Shown piece by piece: positions 47,854-56,562 of a DNA stretch of 56,676 nt. This DNA comes from an uncultured Rickettsiales bacterium. GTDB lineage: Bacteria > Myxococcota_A > UBA796 > UBA9615 > CAYRNR01. The notes below the pieces were generated by a model. That model was given only the letters and a program-made list of their open reading frames with translations, did no database searches and was not told where the DNA came from. Position numbers and translations under genes: made by a program. Location: assembly GCA_964493735.1 (NCBI GenBank), contig CAZBPN010000007.1, forward strand, positions 2,302-58,977, given 5' to 3'. How positions within the stretch are numbered: the first letter of the stretch is position 1; each line of letters begins with the position of its first letter.

Positions 47854-50328
47854 TCAGGCCGTCCGGCCTACCATGATCCAGTCGGTGCCGTCGCAGACCA
47901 GGCTCAGGCTGTCGTCGGCGGACATCGTCCACGAGTTACCGATGCCGAGCTTGATGTTGTTTCCGCTGGGATCGGACGCGTCCCAGATCTTGAGCCCGGT
48001 GGTCCCGCACAGCAGGGTGACCTTGCGGCCGGGCCAGGACGGGGTGATGGTCGCCACGGGATTGGTCTGGGTCACCGTGACCAGGTTGGCCGTCAGCGGT
48101 AGGGTGATCAGCGAGTTGGACGTCACGTCGTCGCCCTTGCCCTGGGAGTCCAGGTCTACCGCGTTCGGACCGCCCTTGGGGACCACCAGGACGCCCCCGT
48201 CGACCATGTTGCCGCGGATGGTCCAGTTCTGGAAAGCGGGCACCCCGCCTCCAACGTCGCTGATGCGGAAGCCGAAACCGTGCTTGTACGCCCCCTGACG
48301 GATCCGGAAGTCGGTGCAGATGGCGCCCTCGTCGTCGGCCGTCGTACCCCGGGCGTCGAAGGCCCCGAACGCCTGGTTCACCCGGTTGCACTCGGCCACC
48401 GACCAGCGGGTCATCCGGCGCGGGGAGCCCCGGTCGACAAGGATCCCGGTCTCGTCGATCCCCTCCACATCGAGCCCGTCCCAGCCGCCACCTGCGGCCT
48501 GCCACACGAGTCCCACGCCGCTGTTCACGTTCTCGATCTTCGACCCGGCTAGCAGGAAGGTGTCCTCGCCCGCCACCCGAACCGCGGCAGCCGCCCATGC
48601 ATCCAGGATCCGCACACCGAGGCGGCATCGACTGGCGCTGCTGGTCACGTCGACGATCACGCCGCCGGGTTTCCGAGGATTGCGGAGGACCGCGTTGCGG
48701 ATCTCGCAGTCCTTCCCCGTGACCGTCAACACCGTTCCCTCGCTGTCGTGGGAGACCAGCGACCCGATCCGCTCGTGCACCCCCTCGACCCGCACGAGCA
48801 GACGGGCCGTGTCCACGATCTCGCCGACCGTGTTGGCCGTGCCCGCCATCAGGATCAGTCCCGTCGTGGGATCGGCGGTGGAGTGGACCGCCGCCGAGAT
48901 CGTGTCGATGCGGTTGTGGCTGCCCAGCAAGGTCACATGCCGGAATCCCGGTGCCATCGAGGGGTGTACGGGCTGCTGGATGCCGTGGCTCGCGCTGACG
49001 ATCACCGAACCGATCACGTTGTGGCTTGCTCCGGAGCCGACCTCCAGACCTCCACCCTCGCCCAGACGACCGGCAAACAGGAGGGCGTCGAGCTGGCACC
49101 GCTCCGCGTCCAGGAGCATCTTGGGGTAGGGCGAATCTCGGTTGACCTGGTTGAAGTGGGCCTTGCCGAACTGGTTGCGGTCACCACGGACATGCAGGAA
49201 GGGCTGGTTGAAGTCCGCGTCGTTGCGGTCCCCCTCGAATCCAAGGTCATCGAACTTGTTGGCCGGGTTGTTCGTGCCCACGTAGACGTACGGCGCGTCG
49301 TAGCAGACCTCCACCTTGAAGCCGATGAACACGGATCCCTGGACGGTGCCACCACCGTCGACCAACCACACTGCGGGCTGGTTCGCGGCGCCGCAACGGG
49401 AGATCTTGGCGTTGGTGAACTGGCCCTGCGTGGCGTCGGTCACCTTGAGCGCCGAACCGAGCAGCCCGGTGAACGTGCAGTCGTCCATGGTGAACGCGAT
49501 GCACTTCTCCACGTGGAGCCCGGCTTCGCAGGCGTGATTGCGTTGAGAAGCCCCGGAGTAGTCGCCGAACGACAGGCCCTGCACGCCGCACCCCCAGCTG
49601 GCGATCCCGGCGTCACCGCCCACCCCCGTGAACCGGACCATGCTGGCGCCCGCCGGCAAGGCGTTCTTGAGGACCAGCATCGAGCCAAACTCGGTGTGCT
49701 CCTGGTTCAACGGCCCCTGCCGCGGCCCGCCCTGGAACAGCACGCCGTTGCGGTCGACGACGATCTCCTCGGAGATGCCGTACTGGCCCGGAGAGAACCG
49801 GATCGTACCGCCCGACTCGGGCAGGGACGCGAGCGCAGCCTTGATGGCCAGGGTGCTGTCTGGGACGTTGGCCACGGTGTACCCGGCATTCTGGTTCCAG
49901 AGGTTGGAGGCACGGCCGCCAAACCACTCTGGGTGCACGATGGGACTGGTACCATCGCCAAACACTACGGGATTGGACTTCGAAGGATCGAATATGAATA
50001 CACCGTAGGTACCAGCTTTGAGTCGGCCGTTGATGGTGAGAACAGGCTGTTCAACTTGAGCGTCGAGGTCTAACCGAGCGCCCTGGGCGAAAGCGATGGA
50101 AACCGACGCCGGAATCGTGAGGGGCTTCCCGATGCGATAGGAGTTCGTAACCGGTGGGAAGAACAACGTTCCACCCCCGTCTGTTGCCAAGATCCCACCG
50201 GCTCCATATATGATCTCCGCGATGGCATCCCTATCGTCTGTCGTGCCATCTCCAAGGACTCCGAAGCCCGCTGCACGCACGTTCCATACCGCGCCACCTT
50301 TGTCTCTGACGACGTCATCAACAGTCAT
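47854..50328 (-). CDS. Right-handed parallel beta-helix / pectate-lyase-superfamily protein (tailspike- or depolymerase-like), no signal peptide
   Basis: Two 'Pectate_lyase_3'-type N-terminal motifs: [26 protein letters not shown]...GGTLFFPP and VHPEWFGG...[28 protein letters not shown] long beta-helix-like middle follows. C-terminal ...[16 protein letters not shown]. Composition is mosaic. Confidence 0.78.
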   Translation of the reverse strand: MTVDDVVRDKGGAVWNVRAAGFGVLGDGTTDDRDAIAEIIYGAGGILATDGGGTLFFPPVTNSYRIGKPLTIPASVSIAFAQGARLDLDAQVEQPVLTINGRLKAGTYGVFIFDPSKSNPVVFGDGTSPIVHPEWFGGRASNLWNQNAGYTVANVPDSTLAIKAALASLPESGGTIRFSPGQYGISEEIVVDRNGVLFQGGPRQGPLNQEHTEFGSMLVLKNALPAGASMVRFTGVGGDAGIASWGCGVQGLSFGDYSGASQRNHACEAGLHVEKCIAFTMDDCTFTGLLGSALKVTDATQGQFTNAKISRCGAANQPAVWLVDGGGTVQGSVFIGFKVEVCYDAPYVYVGTNNPANKFDDLGFEGDRNDADFNQPFLHVRGDRNQFGKAHFNQVNRDSPYPKMLLDAERCQLDALLFAGRLGEGGGLEVGSGASHNVIGSVIVSASHGIQQPVHPSMAPGFRHVTLLGSHNRIDTISAAVHSTADPTTGLILMAGTANTVGEIVDTARLLVRVEGVHERIGSLVSHDSEGTVLTVTGKDCEIRNAVLRNPRKPGGVIVDVTSSASRCRLGVRILDAWAAAAVRVAGEDTFLLAGSKIENVNSGVGLVWQAAGGGWDGLDVEGIDETGILVDRGSPRRMTRWSVAECNRVNQAFGAFDARGTTADDEGAICTDFRIRQGAYKHGFGFRISDVGGGVPAFQNWTIRGNMVDGGVLVVPKGGPNAVDLDSQGKGDDVTSNSLITLPLTANLVTVTQTNPVATITPSWPGRKVTLLCGTTGLKIWDASDPSGNNIKLGIGNSWTMSADDSLSLVCDGTDWIMVGRTA

Positions 50329-50361
50329 CCAAGTTCCCCTTCCCCATTCGCCCTGAGCGCT

Positions 50362-52980
50362 TCAAGGCTGGTTTCCCGAAATAGACACAGTGCCGCCGAT
50401 GTTGTCGGTTCCAATCGAATCCCTGAGATACTCCGCTTCTGCCGTCGGCAGATCCGGATTCCCTATGATGGTCAGGCCACCATGAATTTGCTCGATTCCA
50501 CTCAGAGATACGATCGTGCTCAAGTGATCGTTGTAAAGCAGGTGGAGACCACCGCCGATCTCAGATAATGCGCTCCACGGCAGATCGTCCAGTGCAGCGT
50601 TTTCAACGACGAAGATGTCCCCCCCCACCAGCCCCAGGAACGGCATCTCGAGTCCTACCAACCCGAGGTTTCCAAGCAATGGTCCGACGACAACTGATTG
50701 ATCTACCTCGGTGAGGACCGGAAAAGCGAATGACATCGTCGTATCTATCGCTTCGAACTCCACGTCGCCCCCGACCACTTCAAGGCTGGGAAATATCAAC
50801 TCCTGGTCCGTCGTCGCACACTCCATGACTCGGACTGCCCCAGCTGTCGTGAGTATGGGCATGGACAGCTCGGCGACCTCGCCATTCAGGTAGACGAGGT
50901 CGCCGACGCTCGTCAAGGACGGGAGGACCCAATGGCCGGTGTCGTGATTCGAGGAGATGGACAACCAGCCGCCTATCGACGTGAGCCCAGGGAACGAACT
51001 CGACGCCAGCTGGTCGTTGAGGGATACAGTAAAATCCCCGCCGATGTCTTGGATGAGTGGGGACGATAAGTCTTCCGCGAGGTCATTCGACTTGAACTCG
51101 AAATCCGAACCTGTTTCGGCGAGCCTAGGGAACTCGACACGAGTCAACATCGTCCCCTGAATCGAAAGCGAGCCGCCGACGGAGACAAGCGCCTGGAGGT
51201 CCATTTCGTTCAGCGACGCCAAGTAGTAGCGAAGAATGAAATCACCCCCAATGTAGTCGAGTGACGGCACGCGCACGGAATGGAGAGGTACTTGTGTTGT
51301 GTGTTCGATGAGAAGGTCACCACCCACGAACGACAAGATGGGTAAGTATATACTTTCCAAGTTCTCCGCATCAGTGAAATCGAGTGTGCCGCTCACCTCA
51401 CACAGGCACGCCAGTTCATCGACGTCTGTCATTCCGGTGGAGTCGATGGTCAGATTCCCGTACAGCGCGTTGTACTGGTCACAGAATACCGTCGCTGCAG
51501 AATCGGTGCTGATGGTCAGGTCGCCCAACAACGGGGTGATGGTGTCGCATCCGCAATCGGCGTCAAATTCGTCCACACCACCATCACAGTCGTCATCGAC
51601 CCCGTTGCCGCAAGCTTCCTCGGCGCCTGGAAAAACTAGTGCCTCCCCGTCGTCGCAATCCTCGCAAGCCAGGTATCCATCCGAATCCAGATCTAGTTGC
51701 TCGTCGGCGGGAATGACCCCGTCACAGTCGTTGTCGTTGCCGTCACAGGTCTCTGACGCGCCGGGATGAACGAAGTAGTCATCGTCGTCGCAGTCACCAT
51801 CACATTGCATCCAAGTGTCGTGGTCCGCGTCTTCTTCGTCCGGCGGGACGCCCCCGTCACAGTCGTCGTCGAGACCGTTACAAACCTCCCCCGCGCCCGG
51901 GTACACGGACGGTTCGTCGTCATCGCAATCTACACAGCGATCGAATCCGTCCCCGTCTTGGTCGGGCGCATCGGTCGTAGCCGCATCACAGTCGTTGTCG
52001 ATCCCGTCACACGGCAACTCCGGAAAGCCGGGGCGAATCATCGGGTTGGTATCGTCGCAATCCTCACACTCCGTATATCCGTCGGCATCCTGGTCCAGCT
52101 CGTCCTCGGTCGAGGGATCACAATCGTTGTCGATGCCGTCGCAACTCACCTCAACCGAGCCAGGGTTGATCCCGGGTTCGTCGTCGTCACAGTCCCCGGC
52201 GCAGATTGTGTAGCCGTCGAAATCGGCGTCCAGATCATCCAAGGTCCCGGCGTCGCAATCATTGTCCAGCCCATCGCAGTGAGTCTCCTCCTGGCCAGGG
52301 TGGACGCCGGCGTGTGTGTCATCGCAGTCCGCGCACATGTCGTAACCGTCGCCGTCCTGGTCGGGCGCGTCCTCGGATCCCGCGTTGCAGTCGTTATCCA
52401 CTCCGTCACAGTGAACCTCTTCCGCACCCGGGTTGACCTCCGGATCCGAATCGTCGCAGTCGTCGAAGCAGGACGTGTACCCGTCCAGGTCCAGGTCGGG
52501 CTCGTCCGGTGTCAGCGGATCGCAGTCGTTGTCCGCGCCGTCACACGTCGCCTCCACCTGGCCGGGGTGGATCCCGGGGTGGGCGTCGTTGCAGTCCTCG
52601 CAGACCGAGTACCCGTCCGCGTCCTGGTCCGGCTCGTCCTCGGTGGCGGGCTCGCAGTCGTTGTCGAGCCCATCGCAGGTGACCTCGTCCTGACCCGGGT
52701 TCACGGACGGATCCTCGTCGTCGCAGTCCCCCTCCTCTGGCGTCCAGCCGTCGCCGTCCTGATCTACGGGTTCGGTGCTGTCGTCGTCGTCGGCGCTGTC
52801 GTCGTCAGCCGCGTCGTCGTCGGCCGTGTCGTCGTCACCGGACACGTCGTCGTCACCGGTCGAGTCATCATCCGCGGTGGTGTCGTCGTCAGCCGTGTCG
52901 TCGTCGCCGGTCGGACAGCCGAACAGCAGCACCGCTGCCAGGCCGAGGGTCCACACCCAGTTCTCGCTCGTTCCGAACAT
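50362..52980 (-). CDS. Large lipoprotein: poly-Asp linker + 9 MopE-like Cys/Asp 'metal-binding' repeats + about 13 receptor-L-domain/LRR-like repeats
   Basis: I trimmed the ORF to the ATG at 52980 (MFGTSENWVWTLGLAAVLLFGC lipobox, then PTGDDDTADDD...). There are nine units of the type D-x-D-x-DG[YW]..C.DC[DN]D....[IV].PG..E..CDG.DNDC. After them come repeats such as LPILSFVGGDLLIEHT, VPSLDYIGGDFILRYY, FPGLTSIGGWLSISSN and LSGIEQIHGGLTIIGN. Confidence 0.8.
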   Translation of the reverse strand: MFGTSENWVWTLGLAAVLLFGCPTGDDDTADDDTTADDDSTGDDDVSGDDDTADDDAADDDSADDDDSTEPVDQDGDGWTPEEGDCDDEDPSVNPGQDEVTCDGLDNDCEPATEDEPDQDADGYSVCEDCNDAHPGIHPGQVEATCDGADNDCDPLTPDEPDLDLDGYTSCFDDCDDSDPEVNPGAEEVHCDGVDNDCNAGSEDAPDQDGDGYDMCADCDDTHAGVHPGQEETHCDGLDNDCDAGTLDDLDADFDGYTICAGDCDDDEPGINPGSVEVSCDGIDNDCDPSTEDELDQDADGYTECEDCDDTNPMIRPGFPELPCDGIDNDCDAATTDAPDQDGDGFDRCVDCDDDEPSVYPGAGEVCNGLDDDCDGGVPPDEEDADHDTWMQCDGDCDDDDYFVHPGASETCDGNDNDCDGVIPADEQLDLDSDGYLACEDCDDGEALVFPGAEEACGNGVDDDCDGGVDEFDADCGCDTITPLLGDLTISTDSAATVFCDQYNALYGNLTIDSTGMTDVDELACLCEVSGTLDFTDAENLESIYLPILSFVGGDLLIEHTTQVPLHSVRVPSLDYIGGDFILRYYLASLNEMDLQALVSVGGSLSIQGTMLTRVEFPRLAETGSDFEFKSNDLAEDLSSPLIQDIGGDFTVSLNDQLASSSFPGLTSIGGWLSISSNHDTGHWVLPSLTSVGDLVYLNGEVAELSMPILTTAGAVRVMECATTDQELIFPSLEVVGGDVEFEAIDTTMSFAFPVLTEVDQSVVVGPLLGNLGLVGLEMPFLGLVGGDIFVVENAALDDLPWSALSEIGGGLHLLYNDHLSTIVSLSGIEQIHGGLTIIGNPDLPTAEAEYLRDSIGTDNIGGTVSISGNQP

Positions 52981-53196
52981 GTTCGTCTCCCGGTCTCTTC
53001 CCCCGATCGAACCCCGGATCTCCTCCAGGGGCAAGCGAACTCTGGTCCGCGACGTGGAGTCCCTCCCCTGGATAGCCGCCGGTGGTCCCGGCCGTTTTCG
53101 AGACCTTGAGAAACAGCTTGACACGACTGTTTTTTTTCTCTGCCGTATTCGTAGTCTTCATATCCCGACACCATCGGACAGCCAGGGGAGGGGCCG

Positions 53197-54099
53197 ATGC
53201 CTCACAAGATCTGGAACGGCGGCGATTCCACCAACCCCAACAGCTTCACCGAGCCGGACAACTGGGCGCCCACCGGCGTGCCGGTGAACAACGACGTGGT
53301 CACCATCGCCCCGGAGGCCGAGTCCCTGCTCGACAACGTGAACCAGGCGTCGCTCAAGCTCAGCGGCTTCCACGTGGCCGAGGGCTTCAAGGGGGACATC
53401 GGCTCGCCCGGCAACCCGCTGAAGTTCAAGCTCAACGCGGACGACTTCAGCTACGCCGGCACGGGCATCGCCTACCTGGACCTCACCGTCGACACCATCG
53501 CCGACATCAGCCCGGTGATCGACGCCTGCGGCGTGGGTCGCACCGGCATCCCCGGGCTGTCCCTGACCGGGGACAAGTTCAAGACGCTCACCTTCCAGGG
53601 CACCGGGTCCGTCGGCATCGGGCTCGTGCCGGGGGACACCTCGTCCCGCCTGGACACCCTCGACGTCTCCGGCGGGGGCACGGTGGAGGTGGGCGCGAGC
53701 ATCCAGAAGATGTCCGCCGGGGCCACGGACGTGACCGTCAGCCACCCGTCGGCGTCGGTCACCGTGGACTGCGATACCGGTACGGTCGAGGCGGTGTCCG
53801 GGGCCTTCCGCCAGCGGCGGGGCGAGTGGTCCACCGCCAACATCCACGCGGCCTCGGCCTACGCCTCGGGATCCGGCACCTACGCCACCACCAACGTGGA
53901 CGCGGCCGGCAAGGTGTACAACAACGAGAACAACACGGTCCGCACGTTCACGGACATCGAGATGGAGAACGGGGGTAGCTGGCTCGATCCTGCGGGGACC
54001 GGCGCCTACACCAACCCCATCGAGTTCCCCACCGGCATGGACCGCTGCACCCTGGACTTCGGCCGCGAGCGGCGGCTGGACGTGGACGATATCCCCTAG
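53197..54099 (+). CDS. Hypothetical protein, beta-helix-like, no signal peptide
   Basis: GGGGAGGGG RBS. N-terminal KIWNGGDSTNPNSFTEPDNWAPTGVPVNNDVVTI resembles the W-x-GG...NW...P...D-x-V leader of beta-helical surface proteins. Composition is Gly/Thr/Ser/Val-rich and strand-like. No family recognised. Confidence 0.62.
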   Translation: MPHKIWNGGDSTNPNSFTEPDNWAPTGVPVNNDVVTIAPEAESLLDNVNQASLKLSGFHVAEGFKGDIGSPGNPLKFKLNADDFSYAGTGIAYLDLTVDTIADISPVIDACGVGRTGIPGLSLTGDKFKTLTFQGTGSVGIGLVPGDTSSRLDTLDVSGGGTVEVGASIQKMSAGATDVTVSHPSASVTVDCDTGTVEAVSGAFRQRRGEWSTANIHAASAYASGSGTYATTNVDAAGKVYNNENNTVRTFTDIEMENGGSWLDPAGTGAYTNPIEFPTGMDRCTLDFGRERRLDVDDIP

Positions 54100-54195
54100 C
54101 CGAGTCCGAGACCAAGGCCGAGGCCGAGACCGAGGGCGAGACCGAGTCCGAGGCCGAGACCGAGGGCGAGTCCGAGACCGAGGGCGAGTCCGAGC
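54100..54195. repeat. 16 tandem hexamers (SCGAGN: CCGAGT, CCGAGA, CCAAGG, CCGAGG, GCGAGA...), intergenic
   Basis: Units counted directly. The array starts at the first base after the TAG stop of the 53197 gene. There is a higher-order 18-mer, CCGAGACCGAGGGCGAGW. Confidence 0.95.
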
Positions 54196-54297
54196 CTCCA
54201 CGGGCAACGAGAGGCCGGGGCGGCCATCCGCCGTGCCACCCAAGCTCGGAGGCCTCTCGATTCCCGTGTGGACCTCCTCTTCCTCCCCCTTCCCCAC

Positions 54298-54347
54298 CAT
54301 CCGTGTCCATCCATGTCCATCCGCGCCCATCCGTGTTCATCCGTGGT
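54298..54347. repeat. 5 tandem decamers: CATCCGTGTC, CATCCATGTC, CATCCGCGCC, CATCCGTGTT, CATCCGTGGT
   Basis: Read directly, with exact 10-bp phasing. A polypyrimidine tract at about 54273-54297 (CCTCCTCTTCCTCCCCCTTCCCCAC) precedes it. Confidence 0.95.
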
Positions 54348-54367
54348 CCCGACCAGCCTCCCCTCCA

Positions 54368-55336
54368 CTACCCGGCGGGCCAGACCCCATAGGGTGGCTC
54401 GATGGCTCCGGCGTCGGTGACGAACCCGCTGACCAGTTCGGCGGGGGTGACATCGAAGGCCGGGTTCCACACCGGCGTGCCCGGGGCCGCGACGGGGCGG
54501 CCGCGGACGACCCGCACCTCGTCCGCCCCCCGCTCCTCGACCGGGATATCGGCCCCCGTGGTGGTGTGCCGGTCCAGGGTCGAGAGGGGGATCGCCACGT
54601 GGAACGGGACGCCACAGGCGCGGGCGGCGAAGGCCAGCGACAGGGTGCCGACCTTGTTGGCCACGTCGCCGTTGAGCGCCACCCGGTCGGCCCCCACGAT
54701 CACCAGGTCGACACCGCCGCTCCGCAGCAGACCCGCGGCCGCCGAGTCCACCAGCAGCCGGTACTCGATCCCCTCGGAGGCCAGCTCCCAGGCGGTCAGC
54801 CGCGCGCCCTGGAGCCAGGGGCGGGTCTCGGTGCAGTAGACCCTCGACACGGTGCCCGCCCGGTGGGCTGCGCGGATCACCGCGAGCGCGGTGCCGTCCC
54901 CGCCGGTGGCCAGCGCGCCGGTGTTGCAGTGGGTCAGGATCCGCGCGCCCTCGGGTACCCACGGCAGGCCGGCCCGTCCGATGGCGTCGCAGCTGGCCCG
55001 GTCCTCCTCCCAGAGGGCCCGGGCCTCCCGCTCGAGCCGACCGACCTCCGTCCCCACCGCGAGCATCCGGTCGACGGCGCCGGCCAGGTTCACCGCGGTC
55101 GGGCGCGCGGCCTTCAGCAGCCGGGCGGCCGCCGCCAGGTCCTCGCCCCCCCGGGCCGCGAGTACGATGCCGAAGGCCGCGGTGACCCCGATGGCCGGCG
55201 CGCCGCGGACCGCCATCTCGGTGATCGCGGCGACGACGTCGGCCGACGAGCGGCAGTCCCGCCAGCGTTCCTCGTGGGGCAGCAGGGCCTGGTCCAGCAC
55301 CTCCAGCCGGTCCCCTCGCCAGCGCAGGGGGGTCAT
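54368..55336 (-). CDS. mtnA: S-methyl-5-thioribose-1-phosphate isomerase MtnA
   Basis: LEVLDQALLPHEE, MAVRGAPAIGVTAAFG, RPTAVNL, HCNTGALAT, and ETRPWLQGARLTAWEL. Confidence 0.92.
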   Translation of the reverse strand: MTPLRWRGDRLEVLDQALLPHEERWRDCRSSADVVAAITEMAVRGAPAIGVTAAFGIVLAARGGEDLAAAARLLKAARPTAVNLAGAVDRMLAVGTEVGRLEREARALWEEDRASCDAIGRAGLPWVPEGARILTHCNTGALATGGDGTALAVIRAAHRAGTVSRVYCTETRPWLQGARLTAWELASEGIEYRLLVDSAAAGLLRSGGVDLVIVGADRVALNGDVANKVGTLSLAFAARACGVPFHVAIPLSTLDRHTTTGADIPVEERGADEVRVVRGRPVAAPGTPVWNPAFDVTPAELVSGFVTDAGAIEPPYGVWPAG

Positions 55337-56562
55337 CGACCCTCCACCTCCCGACCGTCCTTGACGACCGAGCGGGTCGGGTGGCCGCCGAACCAGTAGG
55401 CCAGGTCCCGGTGGTCGGGCACGTCGAACAGGGCCAGGTCCGCCCGCAGCCCGGGCGCCAGCCGCCCCCGGTCGTCGTGGAGACCCAGGGCGCGGGCCGC
55501 GTGGGTGGTGATCCCGGCCAGGGCCTCGGGGACCCGCATCCGCCAGCGCACGCAGGCCATCGATGCCATCAGCAGCAGGCTGGTGGTGGGTGAGCTGCCC
55601 GGGTTCATGTCGGTGGCCAGGGCCATCGGCACGCCCGCCTCGCGGAAGCGCTCCACCGGCGGGTGGGTGGCCGAGCCGAGGAAGTAGTCGGCCCCCGGCA
55701 GCAGGGCCGCGACCGTGCCGGCGCGGGCCATGGCGGCGATGCCGGCGTCGGTGGGGTGCTCCAGGTGCTCGGCGGACACCGCGCCGAGCTCGCCGGCCAG
55801 CTCGGCGCCGCCCCCGGCGGTCAGCTGGTCCGCGTGGATCTTCAGCCCCAGGCCCAACTCCTTCGCCCGGGTCAACACGCGCCGGGACTCGCCTACGTCG
55901 AAGGCCAGGCCCGGCTCGCAGAACACGTCACAGAAGCGGGCGAGGCCCCCGTCCGCCACGGCGGGCAGCATCCGATCGACCACGCTGTCCAGGTAGGCGT
56001 CGCGATCCTCGCGAAACTCCGGGGGCACGGCGTGGGCGCCGAGGAAGGTCGGTACGAGCTCCCAGCGGGGATCCCGACCCAGCTCCTGCACGGCCTCGAG
56101 CATGCGCCGCTCGGCGGCGGGCTGCAGGCCGTAGCCCGACTTCACCTCGATGGTGGTCACCCCGCCGGCCGCCAGGGCCTCGAGCCGCGGGCGCGCCCCC
56201 TCGACCAGCGCGTCGAGCTCCGCGGCGCGGGTGTGGGCGACGGTCCCGAGGATACCGCCCCCGGCGGCCAGGATCTCCTCGTAGGTGGCCCCCTCGAGCC
56301 GGGCGGCAAACTCGTGGGCCCGCGAGCCGGCGAACACGGCATGGGTGTGGCAATCGATCAGCCCGGGCAGCACCACGCCGCCGCCGGCGTCCACGGTGGG
56401 CGCGTCCGCCGGGGGGGCCAGCTCGTCCGGCCACTCCCCTTCCCTCCCGACCCAAGCGATCTGGTCGCCGGCGCAGACCACGGCGCCGCCGTCGATCACG
56501 GAGAAGTCGTCGTCCATGGGGAGGACCTGGGCAGCGTTGCGGATCCAGAGCGTGGGCTTCAT
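55333..56562 (-). CDS. hutI: Imidazolonepropionase HutI (amidohydrolase superfamily)
   Basis: PGLIDCHTHAVFAG, YEEILAAGGGILGTVAHTR, EVKSGYGL, KIHADQL, SAEHLEH, and ATDMNPGSS. 4-nt overlap with the mtnA start. Confidence 0.88.
   Translation of the reverse strand: MKPTLWIRNAAQVLPMDDDFSVIDGGAVVCAGDQIAWVGREGEWPDELAPPADAPTVDAGGGVVLPGLIDCHTHAVFAGSRAHEFAARLEGATYEEILAAGGGILGTVAHTRAAELDALVEGARPRLEALAAGGVTTIEVKSGYGLQPAAERRMLEAVQELGRDPRWELVPTFLGAHAVPPEFREDRDAYLDSVVDRMLPAVADGGLARFCDVFCEPGLAFDVGESRRVLTRAKELGLGLKIHADQLTAGGGAELAGELGAVSAEHLEHPTDAGIAAMARAGTVAALLPGADYFLGSATHPPVERFREAGVPMALATDMNPGSSPTTSLLLMASMACVRWRMRVPEALAGITTHAARALGLHDDRGRLAPGLRADLALFDVPDHRDLAYWFGGHPTRSVVKDGREVEGR

Noticed and set aside
53106-53165. 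Calling a defined sigma70 promoter in the AT-rich spacer of the island (TTGACA at 53118-53123 followed by T8)
   Set aside because: No acceptable -10 hexamer lies at a 16-19 nt spacing; the candidates are TGCCGT, GCCGTA and CCGTAT. I kept it only as a compositional observation within the island finding.
54100-54347. CRISPR array, or small protein genes (e.g. 53948..54340(-), 54096..54962(-) N-terminal part, 54233..55399(+))
   Set aside because: The repeats are 6 and 10 bp, head-to-tail, with no spacers, so this is not a CRISPR array. The ORFs across them are repeat-driven pseudo-peptides (GLGLGL, SRPRSR, IRVHP) and shadows of mtnA.
54097-54380. Stop-codon read-through of the 53197 gene into a (Pro-Arg/Ser)n tail, or an independent ORF encoding an (Glu-Thr/Ser/Ala)n peptide
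   Set aside because: The Glu-rich frame has no ATG, GTG or TTG start after the stop at 53976-53978. There is no evidence for read-through beyond the frame being open. I mention it only as a curiosity.
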